A program made the translations under genes and the position numbers. Below, piece by piece: positions 1-15,569 of a stretch of 64,000 bases of DNA. The stretch lies in contig NW_026576843.1 of the NCBI RefSeq assembly GCF_028641065.1, forward strand, positions 1 to 64,000, given 5' to 3'. Under the pieces are notes generated by a model. The model did not search any database and had not been told where the DNA came from. It saw nothing but the letters and a program-made list of their open reading frames with translations. How positions within the stretch are numbered: position 1 is the first letter of the stretch; each line of letters opens with the position of its first letter. The DNA comes from Leucoraja erinacea (Eukaryota).

Positions 1-345
1 TTAAGAATTAAAGAAATAGATGCTTCATAAAAGGATTGTGGTAATATATTCATTAAAAAGGCTTCTTTAAAAACCTTGCATAGCCAGGGAGACAGTAAAA
101 TTGAAAAATAATTTACAAATTCTACTGTAAACCCATCCAAACTGGGAGCTTTACCAAAATTCGTCGAAAGGATTGCTTTCTGTATTTCTTCCTTCTAAAC
201 TGCAGAGTGTACAAGCCCAGCCGTTCCATTCTCTCAGCATTTGACAGTCCCGCCATCCCGGGGATTAACCTTGCGTTCCGCGTACAGCAGTGCAGTGAGA
301 ATCTTCTGATCCGTGCTAACCGCCCTGTTTTCTCGCCGACGGCAG

Positions 346-3773
<3,428 letters not shown>

Positions 3774-4212
3774 TATCAGGATGGGCCATGGTGGGATCGG
3801 ACTGTGCCCTTCATCTCTGGGAACCTGGAAGAGCGTCGCTCGGAAGGAGGAATACCATGGATGGATGGGAGGGGGGTGGAAATCATTGGGAACATCTCCA
3901 GAGAGGACCACTCCCAACCCTTCAGAAGATCAGTGGGAAGCCATCTCCTCTGGTCCCCACCAACCCATGTAGACCCACCACGCAGGGATCATTGGGTTCC
4001 CCTTGCCCCCTCTACTCCCTGGGCTGGCCGAGAGGGGTAGGGGGGCAACAGCTGACCAATATCCATGGTGGTGGTGGAGGGGCAAATAGTCACAGTCCAG
4101 TCAAATCCAGAGCAATTAGTTAAAATCCCACCTGGGTCTTCAGAGTCGAGACACAAAGCTTGCTGGAGTAACTCAGCGGAACAGGCAGCATCTCTGGAGA
4201 AAAATCACACGT

Positions 4213-4490
4213 GCTGAGAGAATGGAGCGGCTGGGATTGTCCACTCTGGGAGTTTAGAAGGATGAGCGGGTATCATATTGAAACATATAAGATTGTTAAG
4301 GGTTTGGACACGCTAGAGGAAGAAAACATGTTCCCGATGTTGGGAGAGTCCAGAACCAGGGGCCACACACAGTTTAAGAATAAGGGGTAAGCCATTTAGA
4401 ATGGAGACGAGGAAACACTTTTTCTCACAGAGAGTTGGGGGTCTGTGGAATTCTCTGCCTCGGAGGGCGGTGGAGGCTGGTTCTCTGCAC
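4213..4490 (+). mobile_element. CR1 LINE fragment
   Basis: Same CR1 ORF2 C-terminal sequence as the other copies. Confidence 0.8.
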
Positions 4491-4621
4491 TCCCTCAACA
4501 TTTTTCATCAGGCTAGAAAAAACGGCGCCACCTACTGAATGCCACGTATACCTATGACTAGCACCACCTATGACCTACCTACAACGTCATAGAAACACAG
4601 AAAATCGGTGCAGGATTTTGG

Positions 4622-4785
4622 AATTCTTTAATTTGCCACAACCAAGAAATGGAAGGATGCATCTTGATGATGACAATCCAGAATTGCTGCAGGAATTGCA
4701 ATACGATAGAAGTGAACAACAGCAATTTGTTGAGGAGAATGGGTCTCTGCTGAATGCTGAGCAGAGAGCAGTGTATGCACTCAAT
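4622..4785 (+). mobile_element. Helitron RepHel fragment (region just before the Pif1 helicase)
   Basis: FNLPQP...ELQYD..EQQQFVEENGSLLNAEQRAVY fits the LN.EQ..Y motif that precedes Helitron helicase motif I. Confidence 0.6.
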
Positions 4786-4789
4786 TTAA

Positions 4790-6105
4790 CATTAAAAAAA
4801 AATCGCAAACCATACGTGGGTTTTGAATTACATTTTACTCAGATGCAAGCCAATGAATGGCATAATTGTTAGCTCTTAATTGGACATAATCAACCTCAGC
4901 AAATTGACAATATCCTATTGAAAGGCAGTGGGTGTTTAAGCTGTCAGGGCATTTTATTATTTGCCAAAATATACATCTCAATAACATAATGATAGAAAAC
5001 CTACTTTTCCACACACCACTCGTAAGTCTGGAGATTTTATTATTGTTAAATTTAGTTTCAGAAGCATTTTCTTTTTGCATGTAAAAACCCACTTCAGCAC
5101 CATGGGCGATTTTTAAAATTTTACAGCCAGATTTCTCACATCTGAAACTTTTTAGATACCAAAGGAATCAAGAAAAAACACAAATAATGCCTTACTGTTG
5201 ATGAAATACAGTGAGCAAAGGCGAAATTAGCAATATTTTCAATCTTGATATCTGCACGGCCAATGTTCGCCAAGCACTTTAGCTGTTGTTGTCCCTTCAG
5301 CTCTCACTTCTCTGTACTTCATTTCACTTCACTTTTGGAATTCTGAAGTAGGATAGATCTCTCACGGTTACCCCGACTCCCACAATTATTTACAGCGCAG
5401 AAATTCAGCATTTTGGTGTTTTTTTTAACGGGTAAGAAAGTATGCGTTTCATGTATTAACAACATCCACCAGACGCTGGGATGTCCTCCAGATGGATTGA
5501 GCGGCTCCATGCGTCAAGCCCTATGACCCAGTGACCTTACGTGCAACCCCCGTATGCACACACACAGACTCTCAGACACACAGACTCACTCACACTTACA
5601 CACACACACACGACTCACACGCAGACTCACACACACACACACACATTCACAACCAATACTAAAATGCCAAGTAACTTCAGAACGTGGTGAACATGCAGTG
5701 TGAAACCGTATTATTCAAATGTTTAAAAGTCAAGGCAAACAATTTGGCAAACACTTTACAAGCACTTCGAGGGGAATCACTGTCGAGTAGATGTGCGGTC
5801 AGTGTTATTCACAGCTCAGAGAGCCGTGACCCTCTTGCTTCCTCCATTTTGCAGAGACTGAGTGAGGCACCACACTTCCGGGTTTTATAGTCCCTGCCGC
5901 CAGCGGGGACAGCAGAGAGAATGGCAACATTTTTTAAAACATTAATAACTCTCTGATTTTTTCATCGATAGAAAAAATCTTCTGGTCCAGTCCGCGCAGG
6001 GGGACTCTTACGCGAGGTGGCCAAGAATGACAGCCCTAAGTGGCGGCGTTCTTTCGGAAATCACGAAACAGAAAGTGGTCAAGATCTTAGTATTAATAAT
6101 ATTAG
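4790..6105 (-). mobile_element. Non-autonomous DNA element (Helitron-like 5' end) carrying a decayed THAP-domain fragment
   Basis: Minus strand 5411 to ~5190 reads MLNFCAVNNCGSRGNRE..(frameshift)..FRIPKV...LANIGRAD...CSLYF, a C2CH THAP-like pattern. Homologous blocks recur in opposite orientation at ~13450-13965, 28490-29005 and 52450-52965. Confidence 0.55.
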
Positions 6106-6792
6106 GTTGGAATAAAAGTGAAATTATGCCAATAAAAGCACGACCCTTATCAACTCAAAATTTTTCCCTTCAGAATTGTTACCGAAAAGTTTAGATATCT
6201 CGGAATTTAGGTGACTAGAAAACCCTCCTCTCTATTTAAAACAAATTTCCCACATTAAGTATTAAACTATATGCCTAGATTCAATTTTGGAAAACACTTC
6301 CTTTTTCCCTTATACTGTAGGTAGAGTAAATGCCTGCAACTCCTATATTTATTTCAATCAATACTGATATATCTCCCCAAAAGTTTAAAAAAAATGTGTT
6401 TCTACTATCACCAACTTTATTTGGGACTACAAAACCCATAGAATACATAAAATACATTTGTGTAAATCCAAAGAGAACGGAGGATTAGCTCTTCCTAATT
6501 TTCTTTTCTACTACTGGGCGACTAACATTAAAATATAATCTTCTGGATGGATACATGTGAACAGGTAAATTGGTTAAAAATGGAGAGGGAAGATTGTTTG
6601 CCTTTTAACATAGGCTCGATTCTTCTATCTCCAATACATTTGAATAAGTCAACGTATGAGCAAAATCCGATAATACACAGCACCCTACATATCTGGAAAC
6701 AGTGGAAATTAAGTCTTAAACTGAGAAATTTGTCTCTCCTGCCTATTGCCAACAATCCCTCGTTTAAACCGTCTACTTTAGATAGGGTGTTC
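6106..6792 (+). mobile_element. L1 LINE ORF2 fragment (post-RT region), decayed
   Basis: FRYLGI...FIWDYKTHRIHKIHLCKSKENGGLALPNFLFYYWA...NNPSFKPSTLDRVF, typical of fish L1 ORF2. Confidence 0.8.
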
Positions 6793-6996
6793 AAGAAGGA
6801 ACGGCAGATGCTGGAAAATCAAAGGTACATAAAAATGCTGGAGAAACTCAGCGGGTGCAGCAGCATCTATGGAGCAAAGGAAATAGGTAACGTTTCGGGC
6901 TGAAACCCTTCTTCTGACTGATAGGGGGTGGCGGGGAGAAGGAAGGAAAAAGGAGGAGGAGGAGCCCGAGGGCTGGGGGATGGGAGGAGACAGCCC
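6793..6996 (-). mobile_element. Penelope-like element terminal-repeat arm
   Basis: Contains atgctggagaaactcagcgggtgcagcagcatctatggagc...aacgtttcgggctgaaacccttc; reverse complement of 43900-44068. Confidence 0.75.
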
Positions 6997-7975
6997 TTTT
7001 CAAATGGCAGGAAAGTTGCCCCCGTTAGATTCTGGGATTTATTTTGAGAAATGGACTGAAGTCTTGGAGGCTTCTTTCATTTCCAATGATATCACTGCAG
7101 AGGAGACATCATGGTTCATATTAGGCTTAGGACGAGAGGGTTATCACACCTTACGTACGTTGCTGTGGCCAGCAACACCCAGGGATAAAATGAACGAGGA
7201 GTGTAAGGAGGCATTAATGGGTCATTTCTCGCCAAAACCCCCAAGGGCATCCAGAGACAAGGAGCCTGAACTAAAGAGGGCAGGGAGCCCCTCAAAGGAC
7301 AAGCGGGAGGTGCAAAGTGACAAGTGGACAAAGGTCAGGTGGACAAAAGTCAAGTGCAAACGGACAAACGACAAGTGCAAAGGGACATAGCCACCAGAGG
7401 GCTAACTATTCAAGCTGCATTCAGGGGATATGAAGGTATGGAGAGAGATCCGGTACAAACAGAAGTCAGCAACGGCTAATACAAGCAGCATTTACAATGT
7501 AAATTTAGAGTAAACCGTCTCTACAAGGCAATGAGATTGGCAGCTATAATAGTACCAACTCCCTCTCCCCGGGCCCCACACTCCCTCTCCCCGGGCCCCA
7601 CATTCCCTCTCCCCGCTGCCCCGGGCCACGCACTCCCTCTCCCCGCTGGAAGCAAGATGGCGGAACAAGACAGCGGGGGCTGGTTGCTAAAATGGGTCCT
7701 ATAATCACCCATGAATCTGCCCATGAGCGTACTACGCATTTGCGTGAGAGTAACCCATCTTGCTCTGCTCTAAGATCTTTGGTTTTACCTGCCTCCAAGT
7801 TAAAGGGGGGGGGAGTGTTAGGTATGTAATGTAATTAACATATTTGATGTCTTGCGCAATGGTACTTATGCGCAGGGGAGACTCAAGGTGGTGTCCTGGA
7901 ATTAAGAAGTTTGTTAGTTTTACTCCCGTGTCTGAGTGTTATTAAAAGCCAGTTCTAAGTATCAAATACACAACA
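6997..7975 (+). mobile_element. Internally deleted Ty3/Gypsy LTR element: gag N-terminal remnant, polypurine tract and 160-bp 3' LTR
   Basis: MAGKLPPLD...WTEVLEASFISNDI...YHTLRTLLWPATP..K..EECKEALMGHFSPKP resembles a Gypsy gag N-terminus. PPT aaagggggggggag ends at 7815; LTR runs TGTTA (7816) to CAACA (7975). Confidence 0.7.
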
Positions 7976-8250
7976 GTATTTCTGTTCCGTTGCCGGACGC
8001 GGTTAACGCATTAAAATGAACGGATCGACAGACAGACAGACAGCTCTGATTTCAGTTGCTGTTTATTTCACTCTTCCCACATTTACATTCCCGCTGGTTT
8101 TATTTCTGCGCTCACTGGGGTTTGTTTCACGACGAGGAATTTGGGGATTAAATGGGAGCTGTTTGTTCAGCGCCGACCTGTTGTCCATCGGGTTTCTGCC
8201 CCACAGCCCCTGAGCCCCGCTCCTGACGCCGGTCCCGGGACCCGACACTT

Positions 8251-11200
8251 TTACACACCCGGAGCGGAACCGGAGCAGATTCTCAGCCAGTTTCCATCCC
8301 AAGTGCTGAAGTAAGGATAAAGTTTCTCCGTGAATTTATTCCCAGTGAAGGTGTGGAGATGGGACTTGGTGTCCGCGTCGTAAAATGAAACTGTCCCGGA
8401 CTCGTAACTGAGATAAACTCCCACCCTCCCGGGGATGGGACGGGCGGGGAGAAGGGATGGAGGGGAGTTGAATGCATTCAACTCGTCATCCTGCCGCCTG
8501 ATGCTCCAGAATCCAGTCTCCGGGATCAGTGCGACCCGTCTCTTCCTCTCCACAGACTCTGCGGCGACTCCCAGACTCCAGCGCCGACTCCCCGCCACCT
8601 CCACCTTCCAGTAATGTCTCCCCGATGTGAATCCCTCCGATCCCAGCACACACTCCCAGTATGTAAACCTCTTCCCGGTGTCAGGGAGACGCCTCTCGGT
8701 CCCGGTGTATTTCACCCTCTTCCGATCCTTAGACACCTTGAGCCCCGCATGCGCTGTTTCCACATCCAGGGTGACGGAGACTGGGGGGAGAAGCAGAGAA
8801 TCAGAGAGTCCCCGGGGGTCGGGGGGAGACCCGGGCACAGGCGGCGGACAACTGACACCTTGCCCGGGGTTTCACCCACAACCACATCGGGTGGACAACA
8901 GACATCATTCTAGGAGTTTGTCAACCGGGGAGGAGAGGGGGAATTCAGCGGGTTATCGGGAACGGGAGGGGGCGGGGACGTGCGGACGGGGAAAACGAAT
9001 CCGTAAAATGAGGGTGAACGAGAGATTGCGGGTGAGGATGGAGAAATAAGGCGGGTATTCAAATATCTTGCCAGTAGATGGCGAAGGGGAGGCAGATTGG
9101 AAGATGAGGAGACGGATGTGAGTGGTAATTAGAGGTGGTTATAGAGGATGTAGGGATGTGGGGTTGAGTTGCCGTGATCATACTGAACGGGAGTGGACTG
9201 GACAGGCGAGGCCATCTGCTACTGTTTACTTGCTTTCTATAATGGAGCGTGGATTTGATGCGTCTGTACAACCAAGAACATTCTGATCTGATTGTGAAAC
9301 AATATATGAACTTCACTGGGGGACTTGACAACGTTTTGCATGTAAGATTTCCAGAAATCGAATGCAGGTGGGATCCAAGACGAGTTGGTAAAATGGACTC
9401 ACAATTGGCTTGGTGGTTGGAGGTAGAAGGATGATTTTGCTGCATGGAGGTCTGGGACTGATGGTGTGCAGCAGAGATCGGGGCTGCAACCTTTGCTGTT
9501 TATTTTATGTTTTCATGGGTTTGATGTGAATGTAGGAGGTGTTTGTGGAGAACAGGTAATGTTGTGGATACCAAAGAAGTCTGTCAAAGTCTGCAGCAGG
9601 ATATAGGCTCGATCATCTAAACCTTATTGTCATGCAGGTATATCATTACTGGAGGACACAGTTTTCTTCACACAAAGGGTTGTAAATACCTGGAATATTT
9701 TGCCAGAGGAGGTGGTGGAATCAGATGTAATCACTACATGTAAGAGGCATCGCAATTTAACAAACGAGGTGTAGAATAATATGGTTCTAATGTGGGCAAA
9801 TGGGATTTGTGTGGCTGGGAAAAAAGGTGGACAAGAATGTGATGGGCTGAAGGGCCTGACTCTGTAATGTACAACCATGGCTCTCTGGCTCCAAGAACAC
9901 TGACTGACTGATTATCCACAGCCACCGGGTGTGCAGGGAATTCCAAAGGTTGCCCAGTCTCTGTGTGTAGTAATGTCTCCTTGTCTCTGTCCTAAATGGT
10001 TCAGCCCACATTCTGAGAGGGTTTCTGCTGACTCCAGACCCCTCAGACAGGGGAAACATCCTCCCTGCTTCCAGCCCACTGAAGTCCTGTAAGGACTTTC
10101 ACTGAGATCTCCTCTAATACACCTGAACTTTCGAGTACACAGGCCTAGTCTACGCAATTTCACCCAGCACAACAGACCCATTCTCCCAGGAGCAAGGATT
10201 TGTTCAAGTGCAAACAAACTTCACTCTCTGTCTCTGTGATGCTTCCTCCAGAGTCCATTAATCTTCACGTATAAATATTGCATAAAGATGTCTTAAACTA
10301 AAACAATGGGAAAGGTATTAGTTTTACCTCGTTTGGTGAGATCAGATGTTTCTTTCAATACCGTGTTGTAGAAAAAGGTGCGATCATAGTTTTCACTGGG
10401 CAACGCGCCATCTACCACCGATATTGTTTTGGTTTCATCACTAATCCTGCAAATATTTAACAGCTGCTTAGAAACTGAGCATTAGCTGTTTTAAGCTGTA
10501 CTATAAAAACATACATTGTTTCAGTCAAAAGCATGTCCTACCTGCTCTTGCGACCAGCTTCCTCCTGAAATAAATAAAATACAAATCTCAATAGACTGAG
10601 ATGGATCATGATCCTGACAGCGGGCATTTCACCAAATTGCAACAAAAAACCCTCTGATAATTCCCATTTCCCAACTCTTTGCCGCTGTCACACAGACAGA
10701 AAGTGGATATTGTCATAGAGACATCGAACACGGGGGAAAGCATTAGGAATGTGGATGAAAATAACTGCGAGTATGTAATTTACGAGTAAGACCGGGCAGG
10801 TCGTGGGATTTAATCTGGAGAAGGTGTCAGAGATAATGGGATGGAATATTTTAAGATCAGTGGCGGATTTAAATGGGTGGGGGTTGGAAATATTATCACT
10901 ACTTTTGGGGATACTAAAAATTAAAGCTGAAATATAAGATGGCATTTAATAAATTTCACAAGAAATGCTGTAAACTGAATGTGGAACTAACAGGGTGGCC
11001 TGAAGACAATATTGCAGATAAATTGAAGTTGAAGTGGGATAAATACACAAGGACTCCTGGAATTTGGGGCATTATTGTCGGATGTAGTGAGTAGATGGAG
11101 CAGATGGAACATTGACCCAGTACTGAATTACTGGTAAATGCAGCATTTATTTCTGAAATTGTAACCTGTCACTTTGAGACTATGCACTTCCACTTCACCA

Positions 11201-12917
11201 AACTGTAGTGTAACCCCTCACCTTCAGAAATATCACGCCGTCCTTGTGGTCTATCTGTTCCTGTAACCTTGAGAGTTCCTCCTGAATGGAATTTAAATTC
11301 TTTTGTATCTCTTGAAGATTTTTCTCCATTGTTTTTACAATCTTCGCCTCATCTTCCCGGATATCTCCGAGTGCGCGCTGCTCTTTCTCAGTGAGAATCT
11401 GGTGCAGTTCAGCAAACTGGGATGTGGTCTGTATCTGAAGGTTGCGTGACTCTTCCTGTCAGATGAGAGATGAGAATCAATATATTATGTCACTCTGCTG
11501 TGTTTCTTCAGGACATGGAAGGTGACATTTGGCAACTGAATCTCTAGTCCTGAAGTGCAGAAATAGGCCCTTCGGCCCAACATGTCTATGCTGGGCTCTG
11601 TACGTATCTACACTAATCCCATTTACCTGTATTTAATCCATAGTTTTCATTACCTTGTCAATTCAAGGGCTCGTCTTGATAATTCTGAAATATTTGATGA
11701 ACGTAATGTACAAGCACCTCATTCCCATTTCCCCAGTACAATTCCCTGCAACCTATTCCATTTCACGTGTCCATTAACACTCACTGGACAGAACCAGGTC
11801 ACCAGAACTAGCAGACAGCAGCAACATTTAGAATGACTGACTTCATAGAGTCATAGAGCAAAGGGGGTTAGATACCGACCAACACGTCCCATCTGCGCTA
11901 TTTCCACTTGTCTGCATTTGGTCACATGGTGCTAAAATCTTCTCTCCACGAAATTGTTCAAATATCTTTTAAATATTGTTATGGTACCTGAATCAACAAC
12001 CTCCCCTGGCAGCTCGTTCCATATACCCACGATCAAAGTTGCCCTTAATGTTCATCTGTTCCCTCCCACCTTAAACCTATGCCCCCGCATGCTCAATGCC
12101 CCATTCAGGGTAGAAGACTGAGTATTCACCCTAACATTTTGTTTCGTGATATCATAGATCATTCTTCAGACTCCTGCGCTCCAGTGAGTGAAGTCCTTGG
12201 CTGCCCAAACGCTCCCAAGATCTCGTGTCCTCGACTACTGAGCTCTATAGAGGTGCCCATTATTACAGGCATCACTGGGATCAAAACTACACAAAATAAT
12301 GAAATCGATAGTACAAAGCCTCACCTGAACTCCAGAAATCCTCTCTTTCTGTTTATGCTCCATTTTCTCGATCGCTAATTTCTTTTCTGTGAGAGATTTG
12401 AAAGAAGATTTCACCTGTTCCTGGGGTTGGGTTTCAGATAAGAGAATATGTCAGACAATAAAAAAAAAATTACACTATGAAGTGATCGAAGTTCATTTTG
12501 TTTTACCTTGTAGATTTCAACAGCTTCTTTAACCGGCATGAAGCTGTGAGACTTGTGTTCCCGCCCAGCTACACAAATCACACAGATCAGTTTCTTATCC
12601 GTTTCACAAAACAGCTTCAGTTCTTCTTGATGTTTCTCGCACTGAAGTTTATTTTCCTTCCCTTTGAGATTCATGCTCAGTGCTCGAGCTTTCTCAGACA
12701 GTCTCGCCAAGGCCCAATTTACTTTGAGGGTGCGGTCTGTAAACAACGCTCTACATTCCGGGCAGGAGTTTCTCCCCTCCCTGTCCCAACTCTGTGTGAT
12801 ACAGGAGCAGCAGAAGTTGTGCCCGCACTCCAGTATCACCGGATCGGTGAAGAAATCCAGGCAGATGGGACAAACTGCCTCGTCGGTCCAACTCTCGACC
12901 TGGTGTTTCGAAGCCAT
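8251..12917 (-). CDS. TRIM E3 ligase copy 1 (RING, B-box2, coiled-coil, PRY/SPRY B30.2; TRIM39/TRIM35/A33-like), intact, 470 aa
   Basis: Exons 12917-12507 (411 nt), 12420-12325 (96), 11455-11222 (234), 10564-10542 (23), 10446-10328 (119), 8780-8251 (530), all GT-AG and in frame. RING CPIC..CGHNFC..C..CPEC; B-box CEKH..C..D..C..C..H..H; B30.2 [31 protein letters not shown]. Confidence 0.95.
9240..10200. mobile_element. Old, diverged CR1 fragments in TRIM intron 5 (also present in units B and C)
   Basis: [13 protein letters not shown] resembles CR1 YMDFSKAFDKVPH; [19 protein letters not shown] and LRRLGLC....RGDL motifs. Confidence 0.6.
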
Positions 12918-12926
12918 TTTATCTCC

Positions 12927-12989
12927 ACTTCCTGGTTCAAAGTATTTTCTGTGACATGGAGCTGCTGAATATGGGCGGTCACGTGACCG
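12927..12989 (-). promoter_or_regulatory. Candidate TRIM core promoter: palindromic GTCACGTGAC E-box (CLEAR/USF-type) plus ETS-like CAGGAAGT
   Basis: cggtcacgtgaccg at 12976-12989 is a perfect 14-bp palindrome about 60 nt upstream of the ATG. GTCACGTGAC is kept at 27836-27845 and 51711-51720. ETS-like site at 12927-12935. Confidence 0.5.
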
Positions 12990-13192
12990 TCACGGTGGCG
13001 CAGTGGTAGAGTTGCTACCTTACAGCGAATTGCTGCCCGAGGCCTGGGTTCAATCCTGACTACGGGTGCTGTCTGTATGGAGTTTGCATGTTTTCTCCGT
13101 GATCTCATAGGTATTCTCTAAGATCTCGGTATCCTCCCACACTCCAAGGCTTGATAAATGTAAAAAATTGGCTTGGTAAATGTAAAAAATAT
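12990..13192 (+). mobile_element. tRNA-derived V-SINE (HE1-like)
   Basis: A box ggtggcgcagtggtag, B box ggttcaatcc, V-domain gtctgtatggagtttgcatgttttctccgtg. Confidence 0.85.
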
Positions 13193-13198
13193 CCCTAA

Positions 13199-13965
13199 CT
13201 AGACTAAGTGGGACCCGTTGGGTCCGAGCATCACACGGGAGGGCTGGTCACCCAACGCAATATTCCACTTCTCCACCAATTCCAAGAGTCTGGTTTCCAG
13301 AGGGCTAGTATGGACATTGTGGGCTGAATGGATTCTTGGGCTGGCAGCTCAGCGACTGAGGCCAGGCAGCTCAGTCACTGAGGCCAGGCAGCTCAGTCAC
13401 TGAGGCCAGGCAGCTCGTGGTCTGACAGTGCAGTCACTCAGTTAAAAGGTGCGGAGGATTTTGTCGGTCGATGAAACATGGGAGAGATATTAATGTTTTT
13501 ACAAAATTCCCCATTCTCTCTGCTGCCCCCGCTGGTGGCAGGGGGAGGGATTATAAAACCAGGAAGTGTCGTGCCTCATTCAGTCTCTGCCAGGCAAGGA
13601 AGCGAGAAGGTCACGGCTCTCTGAGCTGCGTATAACATTGAACGCACGTCTACTCCACGGTGAGTCCCCCCAATGCGGCTGTAAAGTGGCTGCAGCCCTT
13701 TTTAACAAGCTGAAATCACGGTAGATAGAAGCGAGAGCTGAAGGGACAAAAACAGCCAGAGTACTTGGCGAACATTGGTCGTGCAGATATCGAGATTTAA
13801 AATATTGGGAATTATCGCGTTTGCTCGCTGCATTTCATCAACAGTAAGGCATTATTCGTATTTTTTCTTGATTCCTTTTTCATCTAAATAGTTTCAGAAG
13901 TGACAAATCGGCTGTAAAATTTAAAAATTGCCCATGGTTCTCAAGTGGGTTTTTACATAAAAAGA
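13199..13965. mobile_element. Helitron-derived composite: Helitron 3' end (minus strand), minisatellite and THAP-bearing segment
   Basis: Minus strand ends GGACCC-AAC-GGGTCC hairpin, CACTTAGT, CTAG followed by T, a canonical Helitron 3' terminus. 13450-13965 is homologous to 5070-5990. Confidence 0.65.
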
Positions 13966-14219
13966 AAACGCCTCTCTCTTTGCTCTCTCGCTCTTTTCTC
14001 TCTCTCCCCTCTCTCTCTCTCTCTCTCTCTCTCCCTCCTTCCCGTTTCTCTCCCCGCCCTATCTCCACGCGATGCCTCATACAGGGGAATGTGTAGTAAC
14101 CACTTGCTTCTCTCTCCCAACATTGCTGCCTGCCACTGTTGTCTATTGTAAACTGTTGGCTGGTTGATGTGATTGTGTTTGACTTGTTGCTGTTGCCTGG
14201 TTTAGTTGTGTTTATAGTC

Positions 14220-14678
14220 ACAATAGACAATAGGTGCAGGAGCAGGCCATTCGGCCCATCGAGCCAGCACCGCCATTCAATGTGATCATGGCTGATCATC
14301 CACAATCAGTACCCCGTTCCTGCCTTCTCCGCATATTCCTTGATTCCGCTTGGGCTCTGTGGGTAGCAAAATGGTGTAGGTTCACCAGGTTAATTCCCAG
14401 GATGGCGGGACTGTCATATGCTGAGAGAATGGAGCGTTTGGGCTTGTCCTTACAGAGAGTGGTGAGTGTGGAATTCTCTGCCTCAGAGGGTGGTGGAGGC
14501 CGGTTCTCTGGATACGTTCAAGAGAGAGCTAGACAGGGCTCTTAAAAACAGCGGAGTCAGGGGATATGGGGAGAAGGCAGGAACGGGGTACTGATTGGGG
14601 ATGATCAGCCATGATCACATTGAATGGCGGTGCTGGCTCGAAGGGCCGAATGGCCTCCTCCTGCACCTATTGTCTATT
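14220..14678. mobile_element. CR1 LINE 3' fragments, inverted arrangement
   Basis: CR1 3' tail present in both orientations around an ORF2 C-terminal fragment. Confidence 0.8.
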
Positions 14679-15075
14679 CACGTTTCAGGTCGAGACCCTT
14701 CTTCAGACTGATGTGGGGGGGGGGGGGGGGGGGGAGAGGGGAAGAGGAAAGGAAGAGGCGGAGACAGTGGACTGTGGGAGAGCTGGGAAGGGGAGTGGAA
14801 GGAGGGAGAAAGCAGGGATTACCTGAAATTGGAGAAGTCAATGTTCATACCGCTGGGGTGTAAACTACCCAAGCGAAATATGAGGTGCTGCTCCTCCAAT
14901 TTGCGGTGGGACTCACTCTGGCCATGGAGGAGACCCAGGACAGAAAGGTCAGATACGGAATGGGAGGGGGAGTAGAAGTGCTGAGCCACCGGGAGATCAG
15001 GTTGGTTATTGCAAACCGAACGGAGGTGTTGGGGGAAGCGATTGCCCAGTCTACGTTTGGTCTCGTCGATGTATA
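14679..15075 (-). mobile_element. Penelope-like element 3' part (GIY-YIG endonuclease end and hammerhead-type motif)
   Basis: Reverse complement of the GIY-YIG block at 40510-40844; catcagtctgaagaagggtctcgacctgaaacg. Confidence 0.8.
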
Positions 15076-15569
15076 AACGTCAACTACCATGATACCAACA
15101 CAATACCCCCAGCTTTAACTGGCCTCCAGGTGGGGGGGGGGGGGGGGGGGGGGGGAAAGGGACTCGGTCTCAGATCTGGAAAATTGAAGGCTTCAAAACC
15201 AAAAAAAGATAGATTTCACCAACTGATTTTTTAATTAATTTACCAAACGTGATGACAAATCGGCAAAGGATTATTCCGCTGATACGGGATTCACCGACAG
15301 AGATTCACGGGTTGGATTCGGAGACAGAGGGGCGATCGGCCTGGATGTTGTCAGGTAGATATTCTAGGGTATCGTTCAAATCTTCTTCACCCAGCCTGTC
15401 GTGATGTCCCTTTGTAACAGAGACCTGAGGGGAGAGTTATCTTTAAAAAAAATATCAAAATAGACTTTATTCAAGTAATCAATATATAGAATACAGGAAC
15501 TGTGCAAAAAATAATAATTCATCCTACATTCTCAGAGGCTATTCATTCATAAGTCAGGTTAGGTTAGGT

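Noticed and set aside
8614-9049. Antisense ORFs overlapping B30.2 and RING exons
   Set aside because: Shadow frames of GC-rich coding exons, with inconsistent lengths between copies and no recognisable motifs.
12990-13070. tRNA genes (also ~27850, 34080, 51725)
   Set aside because: The A/B boxes run straight into the V-SINE domain; these are SINE heads.
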